From Gemmatimonadota bacterium (GTDB lineage: Bacteria > Gemmatimonadota > Gemmatimonadetes > Gemmatimonadales > GWC2-71-9): 64,000 bases of DNA. Both the position numbers and the translations under genes were made by a program. The notes beneath the pieces are model-generated. The model saw only the letters and a list, made by a program, of their open reading frames with translations. It was not told where the DNA came from and made no database searches. Shown here piece by piece: positions 58,987-64,000 of this stretch. The first letter of the stretch is position 1. Each line of letters starts with the position of its first letter. The stretch is taken from the NCBI GenBank assembly GCA_041497135.1, contig JBGQFX010000011.1, positions 5,908 to 69,907 of the forward strand, read 5' to 3'.

Positions 58987-59456
58987 CGACATGGCAGATC
59001 CGGCGTGCGACGTTCGCGGATGCCGAGATCCTCAGCACGATTGCCCAGGCGGCGAAGCGACACTGGGGGTACCCGGAGCAGTGGCTCCAAGCCTGGCTGC
59101 CGGATCTCACGTTCGATGCTGACCGGATCGCGGCTCTCCCGGTTTACGTCATCGAATCGGTCGATGGAATCGCCGGGTTCTACGCGATGCTCCCTGGTGC
59201 CCCCCGCTGGGCCCTCGACCATCTGTGGGTGCGACCCGACCATATGGGGCACGGGCTTGGCCGTCAGCTGCTTGCCAACGCACTGGCGCACGCACGAGCG
59301 GGCGGAGCCGTAGGGCTCGATATCGAAGCGGACCCCAACGCCGAGCCCTTCTATCGTCGCCTCGGCGGGCACCGTGTGGGGGACATCGCGGCACCGGTCC
59401 CCGGCGCCGCCGAGCGACGGTTGCCGCTCCTCGTACTGGATGAGATCATCCCATGA
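58983..59456 (+). CDS. GNAT-family N-acetyltransferase
   Basis: 157 aa. IRRATFADAEILS.. and the acetyl-CoA-binding motif LWVRPDHMGHGLGRQLL. The ATG overlaps the upstream stop (ATGA). Confidence 0.8.
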   Translation: MTTWQIRRATFADAEILSTIAQAAKRHWGYPEQWLQAWLPDLTFDADRIAALPVYVIESVDGIAGFYAMLPGAPRWALDHLWVRPDHMGHGLGRQLLANALAHARAGGAVGLDIEADPNAEPFYRRLGGHRVGDIAAPVPGAAERRLPLLVLDEIIP

Positions 59457-59920
59457 CCGCACCCGAAACTGATCCTCGCTCCCGACTCTTCCCGCCCGGC
59501 ATCGCGGCAGCTTCCATCCTGGTGGGTGTCGGGCTGCGGTACCTGTGGCCGCTCCGGCTCGCTCAGCAGCCCACCGGGCGATGGATCGGGGGCGCCCTGA
59601 TCCTGGCCTGGCTCGCGCTCGCGGCGTTCGCGGTGGGTGTCTTCCGGCGTGCCGGAACGACGCCGAACCCAACCGGCGACGTCACGGCGTTCGTGATCAA
59701 TGGTCCGTACCGATACACCCGCAATCCCATGTATCTCGGTCTCGTCCTGTTGCAGGTGGGGATCGCCTTCGTGCTCTGCAACGCGTGGGTATTGATCCTC
59801 GCACCGGTGACCTTTCTCCTGCTCGATCGGATCGTGATCGCGGGTGAAGAGCGCTACCTCGAGGCCAAGTACGGAGCCGCCTACACCGACTATCGCCGAC
59901 ACGTGCGGCGATGGTTGTGA
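59453..59920 (+). CDS. Isoprenylcysteine carboxyl methyltransferase (ICMT/PEMT-like) family membrane methyltransferase
   Basis: 155 aa, multi-TM. The signature is VINGPYRYTRNPMYLGLVLLQVG ... EERYLEAKYGAAYTDYRRHVRRWL. The ATG overlaps the upstream stop (ATGA). Confidence 0.85.
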   Translation: MTAPETDPRSRLFPPGIAAASILVGVGLRYLWPLRLAQQPTGRWIGGALILAWLALAAFAVGVFRRAGTTPNPTGDVTAFVINGPYRYTRNPMYLGLVLLQVGIAFVLCNAWVLILAPVTFLLLDRIVIAGEERYLEAKYGAAYTDYRRHVRRWL

Positions 59921-60046
59921 GATGGGCGGGGTGGCCCGGCGTCGCCGGCACTCGGACCCAAGCCCGCTCTCGCGACCTGGGACTCAATCCTCGCGCGGCG
60001 GTTCTCGCCCTGATATTGTGTCCGGTCACCCTTCCGGGAGTCTTCC

Positions 60047-60418
60047 ATGCCTGACCAGGCCGCCGCGTCCAACCCGATGATCAAGTCCGCGATCATCGGC
60101 ACGGTGCTCCAGCTGATCATGGTGGTCGTGGGGCACTACGTGCCGCAGGTGGCGAATCTGTTCCCCATTGCCGGCACCGGGATTGGCGGCCTCGCGGGCA
60201 TCCTGAACGGTCTGTGGGCGTCCAAGGGCAGCATGCCGTCGGCGGCCGGCGGCGGCGCCGTGGCGGGAGGTGTGGGCGGGGCGATCGGGACGCTGGTCTC
60301 AAGCCTGCTTGGTGACGTACCGATGTCCACGCTGGCGATCGGCACCGGCAGCACCGCAGCGGCCGGGCTCGTCGGCGGGCTGATCGGCAAGCTCCTGGGC
60401 GGGCGCTCGGCCGGCTGA
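60047..60418 (+). CDS. Glycine-zipper-rich small membrane protein, unknown function
   Basis: GGGAG lies 7 nt upstream of the ATG. 123 aa with hydrophobic/Gly-rich segments IIGTVLQLIMVVVG, IAGTGIGGLAGILNGLWA, GGGAVAGGVGGAIGTLV and AAGLVGGLIGKLLGG. Confidence 0.6.
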   Translation: MPDQAAASNPMIKSAIIGTVLQLIMVVVGHYVPQVANLFPIAGTGIGGLAGILNGLWASKGSMPSAAGGGAVAGGVGGAIGTLVSSLLGDVPMSTLAIGTGSTAAAGLVGGLIGKLLGGRSAG

Positions 60419-60471
60419 TCCTGCCGCGCCTGCAGCTCATCGAAATCGAAGATCAGTCATGGTGTCCCGCC

Positions 60472-61212
60472 GTGTTGCGGGACGCCATGACCGATTTCCT
60501 GTGCTTCACCATGGAGCGGTTCGCCCCCTACTCGGTTGCCGCGCCGCTCCTGGCGCGCGCGCTCACCCGAATGGGGGAGGGTCGCATCGTGGATCTCTGC
60601 TCTGGTGGAGGCGGGCCGTGGCTCGATCTGGTGCGGCGCATTCCCGCTACAGGCGGACCGGTGGTGCGGGTAACGCTGACCGACGCCTTTCCCAACCGGG
60701 CCGCTTACGCCAGGCTGGGCCAGCAAACGGCGGGGCTGGTCGGTGGCGAGACCGAATCGGTGCCCGCCACCCAGGTGCCGGAGCGGCTCGGCGGGTTTCG
60801 GACCCTGTTCACGGCATTGCATCATTTTCCCCCGCCCGCGGCCCGAGCGATCCTGGCCGACGCGGTCCGGCGACGCTCGGGTATCGGCGTGTTCGAGATC
60901 ACCGAGCGATCATTCCTCTCCCTGATCGGGATGCTAGTCCTGCCGTTGATGGTGCTGCTCGCCACGCCGTTCATCCGGCCGTTTCGCTGGAGCCGGCTGC
61001 TGCTCACCTATCTGGTGCCGCTGGTCCCGCTGGCGGTGTGGTTCGACGGCACGGTGTCCTGTCTGCGGAGCTACACGCCGGCCGAGCTGCTGGAGCTCGC
61101 CCGCGGACTCGGGGACGACGGTTACACGTGGGACGCCGGCATGGTGCGATCGGCGCCGCTCGTCACCCGGGTGACCTACCTGATCGGCGTGCCACCGGCA
61201 CGTCCCGGCTGA
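60472..61212 (+). CDS. Putative class I SAM-dependent methyltransferase with a hydrophobic C-terminal segment
   Basis: Motif I-like GRIVDLCSGGGGPWLDL. Later LTDAFPN.. and a TM-like SLIGMLVLPLMVLLATPFI. The track starts at the GTG at 60472, but the frame is open upstream (..LQLIEIEDQSWCPAVLRDAM..) with no canonical start, so the true start is uncertain. Confidence 0.55.
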   Translation: MLRDAMTDFLCFTMERFAPYSVAAPLLARALTRMGEGRIVDLCSGGGGPWLDLVRRIPATGGPVVRVTLTDAFPNRAAYARLGQQTAGLVGGETESVPATQVPERLGGFRTLFTALHHFPPPAARAILADAVRRRSGIGVFEITERSFLSLIGMLVLPLMVLLATPFIRPFRWSRLLLTYLVPLVPLAVWFDGTVSCLRSYTPAELLELARGLGDDGYTWDAGMVRSAPLVTRVTYLIGVPPARPG

Positions 61213-61273
61213 GTTGCCGGTGCATGATACGGGGCGCATCTTCCTCCCGCCCCCGCTTCCTCCGAGGATTTCG

Positions 61274-63268
61274 ATGATTCATGTTGGTCTGCTGCTCGCT
61301 CCGGCGCTGATGGCGCAACAGCCGACGGCACCCGCACCCGCGCCGAAGATCGCCCGCATCGAGGTGACGCCGGCTGCGCTCACCCTGAACGTCAACGACA
61401 CCGCCACCGTGGCGGCGACCGCGTACGACTCAGCGGGGAACTGGCTCGCGGTCCCGCTGGTCTTTTTCTCGTTCAGCCGCCGGGCGGTCGGGGTCGACTC
61501 GCTAGGTCACGTGAAGGCGTACCGAGCAGGGAATCAGCCCGTCCGCATCGTCGCGCTGAACCTGGACGCGGGGTTCGCGTTGCGGGGCACGGCCACGGTC
61601 ACGGTCAAATGGCCGGGACTGGCCCGGGTCGAGGTCGCGGGGAGCCCGCGGATGTTCGCCGGAACCGCCGCGCGATCGCGCGCCACGGTCGTCGATTCCG
61701 CCGGCGTCGAGCGGGACAACGTGCCGATCGGTTGGGCCTCCGACAACCCGAGTGTCGCGAGCGTGGATCAGTCCGGCAATGTGACGGCGCACCATACCGG
61801 CGCGGCCGCGATCCGCGCCTCGGGTGGCGGGATCAGCGGGCGACAGCGCATCACCGTCGTGGCGAATCCCGCCCGCGCGCTGACGCTCACGAGCTCGGCC
61901 GAAGCGGGCCGGACCGGGGACGTCATCCGGTTCACGGCCGTGGCGAAGGATGCCGCGGGCCGGGCGATTGCCGGCATGCCGATCCTCTACGCGGTCAAAG
62001 CGGTCGTGGAGGACACGGTCATCGCCCCGTCGGCGCCGGCGGAGATCGATGCGGATGGCCGATTCGTCGCGCAGCGGGCCGGCGACTATACGGTCGTGGC
62101 CACGGTGGGACCGCTCGTGGCGACCAAGACGATCGGGATCGGCCACCGGTGGGCCAGCCAACGCATCACGCACGAAGGCACCGGGCAAGGTCGCGTCGCG
62201 AACTATCACACCTCGGATCTGTGGGTCTGGTCGGGCAAGGACGGTCGCGACTATGCCGTGACCGGCACGTGGGGTGCTTCCGGCGTGGCGTATTTCTGGG
62301 ATGTCACCGACCCCGCCGTCCCGGTGAAGACCGACAGCATCCAGGTCGATGCCCGGACCGTCAACGACGTGAAAGTGGACGTGGACCGCGAGCTCTGCGT
62401 GATCACGCGGGAAGGCGCGTCGAATCGCAAGAACGGATTCCTCGTGCTCGATTGCCACGATCCGCGACACGTACAGGTGCTGTCGCGATTCGACGATGGA
62501 TTGTGGGGCGGCGTCCACAATGTGAACGTCTGGAACCAGCACGTGTTCGCCATCAACAACGGCACCCGGTTCGACATCATCTCGATCGAGGATCCAAGCC
62601 ATCCCAAGCGGGTCGGGTTCTTCGAGCTGGACACGCCGGGACACGGCGTGCATGACGTGTGGGTCGTGGACGGGATCGCCTACTCATCGAACTGGCAGGA
62701 TGGCGTGGTGCTGGTGGACGTCGGGAACGGAAAGTGGGGCGGGTCGCCCTCGCACCCGGTCAAGATCGGCCAGTACAAGTACCCGATCGGCGCCACGCAT
62801 TCCGCGTTTCCTTATTTCTCGCAATCGGCCGGCGGGAAATGGTACGTGTTCGTCACCGACGAGATCTTCCCCTACGGGGACGATTCCGACGATGCCGCAA
62901 TGGACGAGGCCGCGGGGTACGTCCACATCATCGACTTTACGGATCTCGCCCATCCCAAGGAAGTCGCCCGCTACCAGGTGCCGGAGGCCGGCACGCACAA
63001 CGTCTGGCTCCAGCACGACACGTTGTTCGTCGCCTACTACAACGCAGGACTACGGGTGGTCGACGTGTCGGGCGAGCTGATGGGCAACCTGTACGATCAG
63101 GGCCGAGAGCTGGTCCGGTTTCAGTCGTACGATCCCCAGGGCAAGCTGGCCAATGCGCCGATGGCCTGGGGGCCACAGCCGTTCAAGGGACACGTGTTCA
63201 TCGCGGATCACAACTCCGGGTTGTGGAGCGTCAAGCTTCCCGAGCGGCCGCAGCCGCCGTTGCCATGA
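61274..63268 (+). CDS. Secreted protein: three Big_2-like Ig domains + LVIVD-repeat beta-propeller
   Basis: The ATG at 61274 has GAGGA 5 nt upstream. Signal MIHVGLLLAPALMAQQ. Big_2-like segments: IARIEVTPAALTLNVNDTATVAATAYDSAGN, WASDNPSVASVDQSGNVTAHHTGAA. LVIVD-type blades: VHDVWVVDGIAYSSNWQDGVVLVDVG, HNVWLQHDTLFVAYYNAGLRVVDVSG, GHVFIADHNSGLWSVKL. Confidence 0.8.
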   Translation: MIHVGLLLAPALMAQQPTAPAPAPKIARIEVTPAALTLNVNDTATVAATAYDSAGNWLAVPLVFFSFSRRAVGVDSLGHVKAYRAGNQPVRIVALNLDAGFALRGTATVTVKWPGLARVEVAGSPRMFAGTAARSRATVVDSAGVERDNVPIGWASDNPSVASVDQSGNVTAHHTGAAAIRASGGGISGRQRITVVANPARALTLTSSAEAGRTGDVIRFTAVAKDAAGRAIAGMPILYAVKAVVEDTVIAPSAPAEIDADGRFVAQRAGDYTVVATVGPLVATKTIGIGHRWASQRITHEGTGQGRVANYHTSDLWVWSGKDGRDYAVTGTWGASGVAYFWDVTDPAVPVKTDSIQVDARTVNDVKVDVDRELCVITREGASNRKNGFLVLDCHDPRHVQVLSRFDDGLWGGVHNVNVWNQHVFAINNGTRFDIISIEDPSHPKRVGFFELDTPGHGVHDVWVVDGIAYSSNWQDGVVLVDVGNGKWGGSPSHPVKIGQYKYPIGATHSAFPYFSQSAGGKWYVFVTDEIFPYGDDSDDAAMDEAAGYVHIIDFTDLAHPKEVARYQVPEAGTHNVWLQHDTLFVAYYNAGLRVVDVSGELMGNLYDQGRELVRFQSYDPQGKLANAPMAWGPQPFKGHVFIADHNSGLWSVKLPERPQPPLP

Positions 63269-64000
63269 GAACCCTGCGCGTCGGCGTGTGCGCCGTGTTC
63301 GTGACCGCTGCATGTCATCATCGTCAACCGGCGCCCGGTTTGCCGGTGCGGCCCGAGCAGCCCCCGCCGTCGGGCGTCGTGGTCCCGCCCCCGCGGCCGC
63401 CGGTAGTGGTGGCGCCGTCACCGGTCCCGGCGACGACCTACCACTTGTTGGCGACCGCCGAGTCGGCGGATCAGGTGGCCATGATCGCGTTCAAGCCGTG
63501 CCAGCCGGCGGAGGTCCCACCGGCCTGCGGCACGCGCGTGGAGCGCACGTACGACGTGGGGCGGTGGCCGTTGGAAATCGAGGGACCGCATGGCGTCGTC
63601 GCGTCCCCGGACGGTAAGAGCTTCTACGTCTCCATCGCGCACGGGCGGCCGTTCGGCCGCCTGGAGAAGTACGACGTCGCGACGGGGCGCCGGCTGGGAG
63701 CGGTCGAGTTGGGCATGTTCCCGGCCACCGTGGACGTGTCCCCCAGTGGGGCGTTCGTCTACGCGATCAATTTCAACTTCGAAGATCCCGACATGGGACC
63801 GTCCTCGCTGTCGATCGTCGAGGGCGATTCGATGGCCGAGATCGCCCGCCCCGAAACCTGTCGCATGCCGCACGGCTCGCGCCTGAACCCCCAGGGCTCG
63901 ATGCACTACTCGGGGTGCATGATGAACGACCTCCTGGTCGAGGTGGATGCCCGCACCATGGCGGTGCGGCGGCTGTTCAACGTGGCGGCGGGGAAGGAAG
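63265..64000 (+). CDS. YVTN/YncE-like beta-propeller lipoprotein, 3'-partial (not in the supplied ORF track)
   Basis: My own translation from the ATG at 63265 (ATGA overlap with the upstream stop) stays open to the window end: MRTLRVGVCAVFVTAACHHRQPAPGLPV...HGVVASPDGKSFYVSIAHG...PATVDVSPSGAFVYAINFNF...CRMPHGSRLNPQGSMHYSGCMMNDLLVEVDARTMAV... It has the lipobox VTAAC, a Pro-rich linker, then blade-like motifs. Confidence 0.7.
   Translation, partial: MRTLRVGVCAVFVTAACHHRQPAPGLPVRPEQPPPSGVVVPPPRPPVVVAPSPVPATTYHLLATAESADQVAMIAFKPCQPAEVPPACGTRVERTYDVGRWPLEIEGPHGVVASPDGKSFYVSIAHGRPFGRLEKYDVATGRRLGAVELGMFPATVDVSPSGAFVYAINFNFEDPDMGPSSLSIVEGDSMAEIARPETCRMPHGSRLNPQGSMHYSGCMMNDLLVEVDARTMAVRRLFNVAAGKE

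Overview
By eye this is a very GC-rich bacterial chromosomal segment (about two-thirds to 70 % G+C; not computed). It is densely coding, and I found no rRNA, tRNA, CRISPR array, transposase or phage gene. The gene content (many FtsX/MacB-type permease paralogs, HAF-repeat and RCC1-repeat lipoproteins, TPR-CHAT) suggests a Gemmatimonadota/Acidobacteriota-like organism, but that is inference only.

Layout, left to right:
1. 1-11.7 kb: a 5'-truncated TPR-CHAT protease gene, followed by five predicted lipoproteins built from beta-propeller repeats (TolB-like, RCC1, HAF, RCC1, HAF+PKD). Two strong hairpin terminators split this into two transcription units.
2. 11.7-13.1 kb: a Phd/YefM-VapC toxin-antitoxin pair and a Uma2-family endonuclease.
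3. 13.2-32.9 kb, all on the minus strand:
   - a small lipoprotein whose start codon sits inside a heptanucleotide repeat
   - a Tat-signal class-V aminotransferase
   - two paralogous unknown lipoproteins
   - mnmA, a cysteine desulfurase and a BshB1-like deacetylase
   - a MacAB-TolC-like efflux cluster (TolC, adaptor, one ATPase, six permease genes arranged as three B-A pairs)
   - a hypothetical protein and a creatininase-family protein
4. 33.1-45.7 kb, plus strand: an NtrY-like sensor kinase with no response regulator in the window, a FadL/PorV-like outer-membrane barrel, a small lipoprotein and a 2,267-aa modular surface lipoprotein (Ig repeats, beta-helix, YVTN propeller).
5. 45.7-64 kb:
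   - ispG, a CstB-like MBL-rhodanese fusion, msrA and csaA
   - an RND efflux operon in the unusual order RND-OMF-MFP
   - a ChbG/YdjC deacetylase
   - a compact DinB / ACC-deaminase-like / DDAH / membrane / GNAT / ICMT operon
   - a Gly-zipper membrane protein and a methyltransferase
   - an LVIVD-repeat lipoprotein
   - a YVTN-like lipoprotein ORF that runs off the window end and is missing from the ORF track

The most interesting candidates:
- the triplicated heteromeric permease pairs that share one ATPase
- the barrel + lipoprotein + giant adhesin module
- the CHAT-linked lipoprotein operon
- several non-coding repeat structures: a heptamer repeat across a start codon, a 23-bp intra-operon inverted repeat and a 17-bp perfect inverted repeat

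Many long ORFs in the track are antisense or out-of-frame shadows typical of high-GC DNA, and I rejected them.
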